Source of the DNA: Schmidtea nova
Taxonomy: Eukaryota
Assembly: GCA_044892505.1 (NCBI GenBank)
Contig: CM097882.1
Location: 34,906,001 to 34,970,000, forward strand
Direction of reading: 5' to 3'
DNA length: 64,000 bases
Shown here piece after piece: positions 26,001 through 41,000 of this stretch. The position numbers were made by a program, and so were the translations under genes. The first letter of the stretch is position 1; every line of letters starts with the position of its first letter. The notes under the pieces were generated by a model, which was not told where the DNA came from, did not search any database, and was given only the letters and a program-made list of their open reading frames with translations.

Positions 26001-29000
26001 ATATTATTCTTGAATTTTTGAAAAACGTATCATTTAATGTCTTGTATTATTCATAAAATATTAATGTGTAAAAATGTAATACTAATTCCATTCAATAAAG
26101 TACAGAATTAAATAGAGTCTTTGTAACTCATGAGGTTGGTTTATGATAATTTGTATTAAAGAAAAAACGTTGTTAAACACAATTATAAATTATATAGCAT
26201 TCGACAGTAATTGTCTTTCGTGAATATATTTTGACAATATATTATTTTTATAGCCTTTTAGTAATTATAAAACAAACGTAGAAATTATTTACTAGATTTT
26301 AAATTGTAATATAAAATCCAGTATATTTGGTTTTGAAAATAATAACATATTTAAACAATAATCACAATCTTGGAATATTAATTCGCTTATTCGTTATAAA
26401 TACTTTTTTAGACTTTTGTCTTAATTTTAAACAGTATGATTTGATTGTATATATTCTATCAAGTTAAATTGATTTATTTGAATAATAATAAATTTAAATA
26501 TTATTCCAACTTGAAAATCATGTATGTACGTTTGCCTATCTAGTAAAACATACAAGCTTATAATGTAATGCTCACTTGAAAGTGAAGTTGATCGTGCTAA
26601 ATAATGATATCTTAATTTTTGTTGCAATAGAAAAAATCAAATGATTTATTTATCTTATTGAAATTTTGACAGAAAATTGATCGCGCAAAAATGATACATT
26701 ACATTTGCCGTTTCAAAATCTTTTCAAATATATTTGCTTTGCTACTTATAATTAATTATATTTAGTTAGTTAATTTAATTTATTTTAGCCAACCTAACAT
26801 ATACTGTTACTATTACTCCTCAGTCAAGTACTCTAAGCTTTCTAGAAAATGATTCGATAGAATGCCAAATCGTACCGGTGCCTAATACAAACACCAGTCA
26901 AATCGCCTTTTTCTTGACGAATATAAAATCAGACTATTATTTTAGAAACGATCTGATTATTCATATCAAGCCTAAAAAAGAATTGGTAAATACTCCTATT
27001 TGTGCTGTTTGTGGTAATATAGCAAACATGAACGCTACTCAATGCTATACTTTGATAGGTGAGTATGCATTGTTTTTTTGAAATTTATATATCTTTAATT
27101 ATATCTCAAATACTATTCAATTCATTATTTCACTCAACGTTCACTCAGTAAATTCGTTCAAGTCAGTCAGGTATTTCTAATTTCTTTTCCAACAAAGGAA
27201 AACGTATTAGGTTGGACTAAAAATAATTGCCGTTTTTAAATATAAATTATAAAACTTTGTATCTCAGGTTAGAATATGGTTTGTCAATAGAAATAAAAAT
27301 CATTCGAATCTACGCATTTTGCAAACAAGAAACAAGTTTACTTATTTCTTTAGCATAAAATTCTTGAGTTCTGGAATCAATGAATTCTTCGAAGGCTATT
27401 TTAGCTTCTGTTTGATTTTTTTCAAACATTCTCTTGTATGAAGAGTTCGATATGCTTGCAAAATTTGTTAGTAAGTTTTTGAGAGCTCTACTAAGAGAGT
27501 TGAAGAGGTAGAGTTTTGAAGCCCAGTTCGTTCAATTTCTGAAGAGTCACTTTTGCCACATGCGGTCGAGCGTTGTCATAGAGAAGTATCGGTCATTTTC
27601 CATTGACTAATGATTGAAGTAAACGCTGAAATTCTTGGTGTATTTTGTCAATTTCATGGCAATGTACTTCGTTGCTGTTATAATTTCGTCAGAATCAAAG
27701 TAGTTGTGGAATATTAATCATCTTGCTGACCACCAAACATTGACCATAACCTTATATTGATGAAGATTTTGTAGTGGGAAAGGTTTTGGAGCTTTATCTA
27801 CGCTGAGTCTCTGCAAGGAACGACGACCCTTGTCGCAGAGAATCGATGTTTCGTCACATGTCACACTACGAAAGAGAAATTATTGGTTTTGTTGTGCAAA
27901 AGACCAGAGCAGACTTCTTAACGACAAAACCTTTGATTTTCGAATAATTCGTGCGACACCCATTCGTCGAGCTTTTTCGATTTTCCAATTTAATGTTAAT
28001 GTCGAAAAATTATAAAATGACACACGTTCAGTTCTTATGAATGTTCTCGAGTTGTTTTGCGTAAGTCTGCTTCAATAATTTCCATCAATAAGTCGCCCAC
28101 TATCGCAAAAGGACGTCTGCAATCTCAATATCTATCAAGGCTCTCATCTTTACTACGACATCTTTGGATCAAATGCCGAGCTGTACGTTCATTGATCGAC
28201 TCCTGGCTAAATGCTTGGATGATATTGCGAGAGGTTTCAGATGCATTATGGCCTAGTTTAAACTCTTACAATAAAATCGATCGAATTTGCACTTTTCTGT
28301 CTTTAATTAAAATAGAAAATATTTAACAAAAAATTTAATATATATAAAAAGAGGATTTTTAAATAAATAATCATATTAATATAATAACATTGATAAAAAA
28401 ATAGGGTGTCAAAGTGAAAACGAATAAAAACGGTATTTATTTTTGTCCAACTTAATACTTTGCTATTATTCTTTACTTTCATTATAATTGTCAATCCTAT
28501 CATATTATTCTTGAATTTTTGAAAAACGTATCATTTAATGTCTTGTATTATTCATAAAATATTAATGTGTAAAAATGTAATACTAATTCCATTCAATAAA
28601 GTACAGAATTAAATAGAGTCTTTGTAACTCATGAGGTTGGTTTATGATAATTTGTATTAAAGAAAAAACGTTGTTAAACACAATTATAAATTATATAGCA
28701 TTCGACAGTAATTGTCTTTCGTGAATATATTTTGACAATATATTATTTTTATAGCCTTTTAGTAATTATAAAACAAACGTAGAAATTATTTACTAGATTT
28801 TAAATTGTAATATAAAATCCAGTATATTTGGTTTTGAAAATAATAACATATTTAAACAATAATCACAATCTTGGAATATTAATTCGCTTATTCGTTATAA
28901 ATACTTTTTTAGACTATTGTCTTAATTTTAAACAGTATGATTTGATTGTATATATTCTATCAAGTTAAATTGATTTATTTGAATAATAATAAATTTAAAT

Positions 29001-32000
29001 ATTATTCCAACTTGAAAATCATGTATGTACGTTTGCCTATCTAGTAAAACATACAAGCTTATAATGTAATGCTCACTTGAAAGTGAAGTTGATCGTGCTA
29101 AATAATGATATCTTAATTTTTGTTGCAATAGAAAAAATCAAATGATTTATTTATCTTATTGAAATTTTGACAGAAAATTGATCGCGCAAAAATGATACAT
29201 TACATTTGCCGTTTCAAAATCTTTTCAAATATATTTGCTTTGCTACTTATAATTAATTATATTTAGTTAGTTAATTTAATTTATTTTAGCCAACCTAACA
29301 TATACTGTTACTATTACTCCTCAGTCAAGTACTCTAAGCTTTCTAGAAAATGATTCGATAGAATGCCAAATCGTACCGGTGCCTAATACAAACACCAGTC
29401 GAATCGCCTTTTTCTTGACGAATATAAAATCAGACTATTATTTTAGAAACGATCTGATTATTCATATCAAGCCTAAAAAAGAATTGGTAAATACTCCTAT
29501 TTGTGCTGTTTGTGGTAATATAGCAAAAATGAACGCTACTCAATGCTATACTTTGATAGGTGAGTATGCATTGTTTTTTTGAAATTTATATATCTTTAAT
29601 TATATCTCAAATACTTTTCAATTCATTATTTCACTCAACGTTCACTCAGTAAATTCGTTCAAGTCAGTCAGGTATTTCTAATTTCTTTTCCAACAAAGGA
29701 AAACGTATTAGGTTGGACTAAAAATAATTGCCGTTTTTAAATATAAATTATAAAACTTTGTATCTCAGGTTAGAATATGGTTTGTCAATAGAAATAAAAA
29801 TCATTCGAATCTACGCATTTTGCAAACAAGAAACAAGTTTACTTATTTCTTTAGCATAAAATTCTTGAGTTCTGGAATCAATGAATTCTTCGAAGGCTAT
29901 TTTAGCTTCTGTTTGATTTTTTTCAAACATTCTCTTGTATGAAGAGTTCGATATGCTTGCAAAATTTGTTAGTCAGTTTTGGAGAGCTCTACTAAGAGAG
30001 CTGAAGAGGTAGAGTTTTGAAGCCCAGTTCGTTCAATTTCTGAAGAGTCACTTTTGCCACATGCGGTCGAGTGTTGTCATAGAGAAGTATCGGTCATTTT
30101 CGATTGACTAATGATTGAAGTAAACGCTGAAATTCTTGGTGTATTTTGTCAATTTCATGGCAATGTACTTCGTTGCTGTTATAATTTCGTCAGAATCAAA
30201 GTAGTTGTGGAATATTAATCATCTTGCTGACCACCAAACATTGACCATAACCTTATATTGATGAAGATTTTGTAGTGGGAAAGGTTTTGGAGCTTTATCT
30301 ACGCTGAGTCTCTGCAAGGAACGACGACCCTTGTCGCAGAGAATCGATGTTTCGTCACATGTCACACTACGAAAGAGAAATTATTGGTTTTGTTGCGCAA
30401 AAGACCAGAGCAGACTTCTTAACGACGAAACCTTTGATTTTCGAATAATTCGTTCGACACCCATTCGTCGAGCTTTTTCGATTTTCCAATTTAATGTTAA
30501 TGTCGAAAAATTGTTAAATGACACACGTTCAGTTCTTATGAATGTTCTCGAGTTGTTTTGCGTAAGTCTGCTTCAATAATTTCCATCAATAAGTCGCCCA
30601 CTATCGCAAAAGGACGTCTGCAATCTCAATATCTATCAAGACTCTCATCTTTACTACGACATCTTTGGATCAAATGCCGAGCTGTACGTTCATTGATCGA
30701 CTCCTGGCTAAATGCTTGGATGATATTGCGAGAGGTTTCAGATGCATTATGGCCTAGTTTAAACTCTTACAATAAAATCGATCGAATTTGCACTTTTCTG
30801 TCTTTAATTAAAATAGAAAATATTTAACAAAAAATTTAATATATATAAAAAGAGGATTTTTAAATAAATAATCATATTAATATAATAACATTGATAAGAA
30901 AATAGGGTGTCAAAGTGAAAACGAATAAAAACGGTATTTATTTTTGTCCAACTTAATACTTTGCTATTATTCTTTACTTTCATTATAATTGTCAATCCTA
31001 TCATATTATTCTTGAATTTTTGAAAAACGTATCATTTAATGTCTTGTATTATTCATAAAATATTAATGTGTAAAAATGTAATACTAATTCCATTCAATAA
31101 AGTACAGAATTAAATAGAGTCTTTGTAACTCATGAGGTTGGTTTATGATAATTTGTATTAAAGAAAAAACGTTGTTAAACACAATTATAAATTATATAGC
31201 ATTCGACAGTAATTGTCTTTCGTGAATATATTTTGACAATATATTATTTTTATAGCCTTTTAGTAATTATAATACAAACGTAGAAATTATTTACTAGATT
31301 TTAAATTGTAATATAAAATCCAGTATATTTGGTTTTGAAAATAATAACATATTTAAACAATAATCACAATCTTGGAATATTAATTCGCTTATTCGTTATA
31401 AATACTTTTTTAGACTATTGTCTTAATTTTAAACAGTATGATTTGATTGTATATATTCTATCAAGTTAAATTGATTTATTTGAATAATAATAAATTTAAA
31501 TATTATTCCAACTTGAAAATCATGTATGTACGTTTGCCTATCTGGTAAAACATACAAGCTTATAATGTAATGCTCACTTGAAAGTGAAGTTGATCGTGCT
31601 AAATAATGATATCTTAATTTTTGTTGCAATAGAAAAAATCAAATGATTTATTTATCTTATTGAAATTTTGACAGAAAATTGATCGCGCAAAAATGATACA
31701 TTACATTTGCCGTTTCAAAATCTTCAAATATATTTGCTTTGCTACTTATAATTAATTATATTTAGTTAGTTAATTTAATTTATTTTAGCCAACCTAACAT
31801 ATACTGTTACTATTACTCCTCAGTCAAGTACTCTAAGCTTTCTAGAAAATGATTCGATAGAATGCCAAATCGTACCGGTGCCTAATACAAACACCAGTCA
31901 AATCGCCTTTTTCTTGACGAATATAAAATCAGACTATTATTTTAGAAACGATCTGATTATTCATATCAAGCCTAAAAAAGAATTGGTAAATACTCCTATT

Positions 32001-35000
32001 TGTGCTGTTTGTGGTAATATAGCAAACATGAACGCTACTCAATGCTATACTTTGATAGGTGAGTATGCATTGTTTTTTTGAAATTTATATATCTTTAATT
32101 ATATCTCAAATACTTTTCAATTCATTATTTCACTCAACGTTCACTCAGTAAATTCGTTCAAGTCAGTCAGGTATTTCTAATTTCTTTTCCAACAAAGGAA
32201 AACGTATTAGGTTGGACTAAAAATAATTGCCGTTTTTAAATATAAATTATAAAACTTTGTATCTCAGGTTAGAATATGGTTTGTCAATAGAAATAAAAAT
32301 CATTCGAATCTACGCATTTTGCAAACAAGAAACAAGTTTACTTATTTCTTTAGCATAAAATTCTTGAGTTCAGGAATCAATGAATTCTTCGAAGGCTATT
32401 TTAGCTTCTGTTTGATTTTTTTCAAACATTCTCTTGTATGAAGAGTTCGATATGCTTGCAAAATTTGTTAGTCAGTTTTGGAGAGCTCTACTAAGAGAGC
32501 TGAAGAGGTAGAGTTTTGAAGCCCAGTTCGTTCAATTTCTGAAGAGTCACTTTTGCCACATGCGGTCGAGTGTTGTCATAGAGAAGTATCGGTCATTTTC
32601 GATTGACTAATGATTGAAGTAAACGCTGAAATTCTTGGTGTATTTTGTCAATTTCATGGCAATGTACTTCGTTGCTGTTATAATTTCGTCAGAATCAAAG
32701 TAGTTGTGGAATATTAATCATCTTGCTGACCACCAAACATTGACCATAACCTTATATTGATGAAGATTTTGTAGTGGGAAAGGTTTTGGAGCTTTATCTA
32801 CGCTGAGTCTCTGCAAGGAACGACGACCCTTGTCGCAGAGAATCGATGTTTCGTCACATGTCACACTACGAAAGAGAAATTATTGGTTTTGTTGCGCAAA
32901 AGACCAGAGCAGACTTCTTAACGACGAAACCTTTGATTTTCGAATAATTCGTGCGACACCCATTCGTCGAGCTTTTTCGATTTTCCAATTTAATGTTAAT
33001 GTCGAAAAATTATTAAATGACACACGTTCAGTTCTTATGAATGTTCTCGAGTTGTTTTGCGTAAGTCTGCTTCAATAATTTCCATCAATAAGTCGCCCAC
33101 TATCGCAAAAGGACGTCTGCAATCTCAATATCTATCAAGACTCTCATCTTTACTACGACATCTTTGGATCAAATGCCGAGCTGTACGTTCATTGATCGAC
33201 TCCTGGCTAAATGCTTGGATGATATTGCGAGAGGTTTCAGATGCATTATGGCCTAGTTTAAACTCTTACAATAAAATCGATCGAATTTGCACTTTTCTGT
33301 CTTTAATTAAAATAGAAAATATTTAACAAAAAATTTAATATATATAAAAAGAGGATTTTTAAATAAATAATCATATTAATATAATAACATTGATAAGAAA
33401 ATAGGGTGTCAAAGTGAAAACGAATAAAAACGGTATTTATTTTTGTCCAACTTAATACTTTGCTATTATTCTTTACTTTCATTATAATTGTCAATCCTAT
33501 CATATTATTCTTGAATTTTTGAAAAACGTATCATTTAATGTCTTGTATTATTCATAAAATATTAATGTGTAAAAATGTAATACTAATTCCATTCAATAAA
33601 GTACAGAATTAAATAGAGTCTTTGTAACTCATGAGGTTGGTTTATGATAATTTGTATTAAAGAAAAAACGTTGTTAAACACAATTATAAATTATATAGCA
33701 TTCGACAGTAATTGTCTTTCGTGAATATATTTTGACAATATATTATTTTTATAGCCTTTTAGTAATTATAATACAAACGTAGAAATTATTTACTAGATTT
33801 TAAATTGTAATATAAAATCCAGTATATTTGGTTTTGAAAATAATAACATATTTAAACAATAATCACAATCTTGGAATATTAATTCGCTTATTCGTTATAA
33901 ATACTTTTTTAGACTATTGTCTTAATTTTAAACAGTATGATTTGATTGTATATATTCTATCAAGTTAAATTGATTTATTTGAATAATAATAAATTTAAAT
34001 ATTATTCCAACTTGAAAATCATGTATGTACGTTTGCCTATCTGGTAAAACATACAAGCTTATAATGTAATGCTCACTTGAAAGTGAAGTTGATCGTGCTA
34101 AATAATGATATCTTAATTTTTGTTGCAATAGAAAAAATCAAATGATTTATTTATCTTATTGAAATTTTGACAGAAAATTGATCGCGCAAAAATGATACAT
34201 TACATTTGCCGTTTCAAAATCTTCAAATATATTTGCTTTGCTACTTATAATTAATTATATTTAGTTAGTTAATTTAATTTATTTTAGCCAACCTAACATA
34301 TACTGTTACTATTACTCCTCAGTCAAGTACTCTAAGCTTTCTAGAAAATGATTCGATAGAATGCCAAATCGTACCGGTGCCTAATACAAACACCAGTCAA
34401 ATCGCCTTTTTCTTGACGAATATAAAATCAGACTATTATTTTAGAAACGATCTGATTATTCATATCAAGCCTAAAAAAGAATTGGTAAATACTCCTATTT
34501 GTGCTGTTTGTGGTAATATAGCAAACATGAACGCTACTCAATGCTATACTTTGATAGGTGAGTATGCATTGTTTTTTTGAAATTTATATATCTTTAATTA
34601 TATCTCAAATACTTTTCAATTCATTATTTCACTCAACGTTCACTCAGTAAATTCGTTCAAGTCAGTCAGGTATTTCTAATTTCTTTTCCAACAAAGGAAA
34701 ACGTATTAGGTTGGACTAAAAATAATTGCCGTTTTTAAATATAAATTATAAAACTTTGTATCTCAGGTTAGAATATGGTTTGTCAATAGAAATAAAAATC
34801 ATTCGAATCTACGCATTTTGCAAACAAGAAACAAGTTTACTTATTTCTTTAGCATAAAATTCTTGAGTTCTGGAATCAATGAATTCTTCGAAGGCTATTT
34901 TAGCTTCTGTTTGATTTTTTTCAAACATTCTCTTGTATGAAGAGTTCGATATGCTTGCAAAATTTGTTAGTCAGTTTTGGAGAGCTCTACTAAGAGAGCT

Positions 35001-38000
35001 GAAGAGGTAGAGTTTTGAAGCCCAGTTCGTTCAATTTCTGAAGAGTCACTTTTGCCACATGCGGTCGAGTGTTGTCATAGAGAAGTATCGGTCATTTTCG
35101 ATTGAGTAATGATTGAAGTAAACGCTGAAATTCTTGGTGTATTTTGTCAATTTCATGGCAATGTACTTCGTTGCTGTTATAATTTCGTCAGAATCAAAGT
35201 AGTTGTGGAATATTAATCATCTTGCTGACCACCAAACATTGACCATAACCTTATATTGATGAAGATTTTGTAGTGGGAAAGGTTTTGGAGCTTTATCTAC
35301 GCTGAGTCTCTGCAAGGAACGACGACCCTTGTCGCAGAGAATCGATGTTTCGTCACATGTCACACTACGAAAGAGAAATTATTGGTTTTGTTGCGCAAAA
35401 GACCAGAGCAGACTTCTTAACGACGAAACCTTTGATTTTCGAATAATTCGTGCGACACCCATTCGTCGAGCTTTTTCGATTTTCCAATTTAATGTTAATG
35501 TCGAAAAATTGTTAAATGACACACGTTCAGTTCTTATGAATGTTCTCGAGTTGTTTTGCGTAAGTCTGCTTCAATAATTTCCATCAATAAGTCGCCCACT
35601 ATCGCAAAAGGACGTCTGCAATCTCAATATCTATCAAGGCTCTCATCTTTACTACGACATCTTTGGATCAAATGTCGAGCTGTACGTTCATTGATCGACT
35701 CCTGGCTAAATGCTTGGATGATATTGCGAGAGGTTTCAGATGCATTATGGCCTAGTTTAAACTCTTACAATAAAATCGATCGAATTTGCACTTTTCTGTC
35801 TTTAATTAAAATAGAAAATATTTAACAAAAAATTTAATATATATAAAAAGAGGATTTTTAAATAAATAATCATATTAATATAATAACATTGATAAGAAAA
35901 TAGGGTGTCAAAGTGAAAACGAATAAAAACGGTATTTATTTTTGTCCAACTTAATACTTTGCTATTATTCTTTACTTTCATTATAATTGTCAATCCTATC
36001 ATATTATTCTTGAATTTTTGAAAAACGTATCATTTAATGTCTTGTATTATTCATAAAATATTAATGTGTAAAAATGTAATACTAATTCCATTCAATAAAG
36101 TACAGAATTAAATAGAGTCTTTGTAACTCATGAGGTTGGTTTATGATAATTTGTATTAAAGAAAAAACGTTGTTAAACACAATTATAAATTATATAGCAT
36201 TCGACAGTAATTGTCTTTTGTGAATATATTTTGACAATATATTATTTTTATAGCCTTTTAGTAATTATAAAACAAACGTAGAAATTATTTACTAGATTTT
36301 AAATTGTAATATAAAATCCAGTATATTTGGTTTTGAAAATAATAACATATTTAAACAATAATCACAATCTTGGAATATTAATTCGCTTATTCGTTATAAA
36401 TACTTTTTTAGACTATTGTCTTAATTTTAAACAGTATGATTTGATTGTATATATTCTATCAAGTTAAATTGATTTATTTGAATAATAATAAATTTAAATA
36501 TTATTCCAACTTGAAAATCATGTATGTACGTTTGCCTATCTAGTAAAACATACAAGCTTATAATGTAATGCTCACTTGAAAGTGAAGTTGATCGTGCTAA
36601 ATAATGATATCTTAATTTTTGTTGCAATAGAAAAAATCAAATGATTTATTTATCTTATTGAAATTTTGACAGAAAATTGATCGCGCAAAAATGATACATT
36701 ACATTTGCCGTTTCAAAATCTTCAAATATATTTGCTTTGCTACTTATAATTAATTATATTTAGTTAGTTAATTTAATTTATTTTAGCCAACCTAACATAT
36801 ACTGTTACTATTACTCCTCAGTCAAGTACTCTAAGCTTTCTAGAAAATGATTCGATAGAATGCCAAATCGTACCGGTGCCTAATACAAACACCAGTCAAA
36901 TCGCCTTTTTCTTGACGAATATAAAATCAGACTATTATTTTAGAAACGATCTGATTATTCATATCAAGCCTAAAAAAGAATTGGTAAATACTCCTATTTG
37001 TGCTGTTTGTGGTAATATAGCAAACATGAACGCTACTCAATGCTATACTTTGATAGGTGAGTATGCATTGTTTTTTTGAAATTTATATATCTTTAATTAT
37101 ATCTCAAATACTTTTCAATTCATTATTTCACTCAACGTTCACTCAGTAAATTCGTTCAAGTCAGTCAGGTATTTCTAATTTCTTTTCCAACAAAGGAAAA
37201 CGTATTAGGTTGGACTAAAAATAATTGCCGTTTTTAAATATAAATTATAAAACTTTGTATCTCAGGTTAGAATATGGTTTGTCAATAGAAATAAAAATCA
37301 TTCGAATCTACGCATTTTGCAAACAAGAAACAAGTTTACTTATTTCTTTAGCATAAAATTCTTGAGTTCTGGAATCAATGAATTCTTCGAAGGCTATTTT
37401 AGCTTCTGTTTGATTTTTTTCAAACATTCTCTTGTATGAAGAGTTCGATATGCTTGCAAAATTTGTTAGTCAGTTTTGGAGAGCTCTACTAAGAGAGCTG
37501 AAGAGGTAGAGTTTTGAAGCCCAGTTCGTTCAATTTCTGAAGAGTCACTTTTGCCACATGCGGTCGAGTGTTGTCATAGAGAAGTATCGGTCATTTTCGA
37601 TTGACTAATGATTGAAGTAAACGCTGAAATTCTTGGTGTATTTTGTCAATTTCATGGCAATGTACTTCGTTGCTGTTATAATTTCGTCAGAATCAAAGTA
37701 GTTGTGGAATATTAATCATCTTGCTGACCACCAAACATTGACCATAACCTTATATTGATGAAGATTTTGTAGTGGGAAAGGTTTTGGAGCTTTATCTACG
37801 CTGAGTCTCTGCAAGGAACGACGACCCTTGTCGCAGAGAATCGATGTTTCGTCACATGTCACACTACGAAAGAGAAATTATTGGTTTTGTTGCGCAAAAG
37901 ACCAGAGCAGACTTCTTAACGACGAAACCTTTGATTTTCGAATAATTCGTGCGACACCCATTCGTCGAGCTTTTTCGATTTTCCAATTTAATGTTAATGT

Positions 38001-41000
38001 CGAAAAATTGTTAAATGACACACGTTCAGTTCTTATGAATGTTCTCGAGTTGTTTTGCGTAAGTCTGCTTCAATAATTTCCATCAATAAGTCGCCCACTA
38101 TCGCAAAAGGACGTCTGCAATCTCAATATCTATCAAGGCTCTCATCTTTACTACGACATCTTTGGATCAAATGCCGAGCTGTACGTTCATTGATCGACTC
38201 CTGGCTAAATGCTTGGATGATATTGCGAGAGGTTTCAGATGCATTATGGCCTAGTTTAAACTCTTACAATAAAATCGATCGAATTTGCACTTTTCTGTCT
38301 TTAATTAAAATAGAAAATATTTAACAAAAAATTTAATATATATAAAAAGAGGATTTTTAAATAAATAATCATATTAATATAATAACATTGATAAGAAAAT
38401 AGGGTGTCAAAGTGAAAACGAATAAAAACGGTATTTATTTTTGTCCAACTTAATACTTTGCTATTATTCTTTACTTTCATTATAATTGTCAATCCTATCA
38501 TATTATTCTTGAATTTTTGAAAAACGTATCATTTAATGTCTTGTATTATTCATAAAATATTAATGTGTAAAAATGTAATACTAATTCCATTCAATAAAGT
38601 ACAGAATTAAATAGAGTCTTTGTAACTCATGAGGTTGGTTTATGATAATTTGTATTAAAGAAAAAACGTTGTTAAACACAATTATAAATTATATAGCATT
38701 CGACAGTAATTGTCTTTTGTGAATATATTTTGACAATATATTATTTTTATAGCCTTTTAGTAATTATAAAACAAACGTAGAAATTATTTACTAGATTTTA
38801 AATTGTAATATAAAATCCAGTATATTTGGTTTTGAAAATAATAACATATTTAAACAATAATCACAATCTTGGAATATTAATTCGCTTATTCGTTATAAAT
38901 ACTTTTTTAGACTATTGTCTTAATTTTAAACAGTATGATTTGATTGTATATATTCTATCAAGTTAAATTGATTTATTTGAATAATAATAAATTTAAATAT
39001 TATTCCAACTTGAAAATCATGTATGTACGTTTGCCTATCTAGTAAAACATACAAGCTTATAATGTAATGCTCACTTGAAAGTGAAGTTGATCGTGCTAAA
39101 TAATGATATCTTAATTTTTGTTGCAATAGAAAAAATCAAATGATTTATTTATCTTATTGAAATTTTGACAGAAAATTGATCGCGCAAAAATGATACATTA
39201 CATTTGCCGTTTCAAAATCTTCAAATATATTTGCTTTGCTACTTATAATTAATTATATTTAGTTAGTTAATTTAATTTATTTTAGCCAACCTAACATATA
39301 CTGTTACTATTACTCCTCAGTCAAGTACTCTAAGCTTTCTAGAAAATGATTCGATAGAATGCCAAATCGTACCGGTGCCTAATACAAACACCAGTCAAAT
39401 CGCCTTTTTCTTGACGAATATAAAATCAGACTATTATTTTAGAAACGATCTGATTATTCATATCAAGCCTAAAAAAGAATTGGTAAATACTCCTATTTGT
39501 GCTGTTTGTGGTAATATAGCAAACATGAACGCTACTCAATGCTATACTTTGATAGGTGAGTATGCATTGTTTTTTTGAAATTTATATATCTTTAATTATA
39601 TCTCAAATACTTTTCAATTCATTATTTCACTCAACGTTCACTCAGTAAATTCGTTCAAGTCAGTCAGGTATTTCTAATTTCTTTTCCAACAAAGGAAAAC
39701 GTATTAGGTTGGACTAAAAATAATTGCCGTTTTTAAATATAAATTATAAAACTTTGTATCTCAGGTTAGAATATGGTTTGTCAATAGAAATAAAAATCAT
39801 TCGAATCTACGCATTTTGCAAACAAGAAACAAGTTTACTTATTTCTTTAGCATAAAATTCTTGAGTTCTGGAATCAATGAATTCTTCGAAGGCTATTTTA
39901 GCTTCTGTTTGATTTTTTTCAAACATTCTCTTGTATGAAGAGTTCGATATGCTTGCAAAATTTGTTAGTCAGTTTTGGAGAGCTCTAGACAGAGAGCTGA
40001 AGAGGTAGAGTTTTGAAGCCCAGTTCGTTCAATTTCTGAAGAGTCACTTTTGCCACATGCGGTCGAGTGTTGTCATAGAGAAGTATCGGTCATTTTCGAT
40101 TGACTAATGATTGAAGTAAACGCTGAAATTCTTGGTGTATTTTGTCAATTTCATGGCAATGTACTTCGTTGCTGTTATAATTTCGTCAGAATCAAAGTAG
40201 TTGTGGAATATTAATCATCTTGCTGACCACCAAACATTGACCATAACCTTATATTGATGAAGATTTTGTAGTGGGAAAGTTTTTGGAGCTTTATCTACGC
40301 TGAGTCTCTGCAAGGAACGACGACCCTTGTCGCAGAGAATCGATGTTTCGTCACATGTCACACTACGAAAGAGAAATTATTGGTTTTGTTGCGCAAAAGA
40401 CCAGAGCAGACTTCTTAACGACGAAACCTTTGATTTTCGAATAATTCGTGCGACACCCATTCGTCGAGCTTTTTCGATTTTCCAATTTAATGTTAATGTC
40501 GAAAAATTATTAAATGACACACGTTCAGTTCTTATGAATGTTCTCGAGTTGTTTTGCGTAAGTCTGCTTCAATAATTTCCATCAATAAGTCGCCCACTAT
40601 CGCAAAAGGACGTCTGCAATCTCAATATCTATCAAGGCTCTCATCTTTACTACGACATCTTTGGATCAAATGCCGAGCTGTACGTTCATTGATCGACTCC
40701 TGGCTAAATGCTTGGATGATATTGTGAGAGGTTTCAGATGCATTATGGCCTAGTTTAAACTCTTACAATAAAATCGATCGAATTTGCACTTTTCTGTCTT
40801 TAATTAAAATAGAAAATATTTAACAAAAAATTTAATATATATAAAAAGAGGATTTTTAAATAAATAATCATATTAATATAATAACATTGATAAAAAAATA
40901 GGGTGTCAAAGTGAAAACGAATAAAAACGGTATTTATTTTTGTCCAACTTAATACTTTGCTATTATTCTTTACTTTCATTATAATTGTCAATCCTATCAT

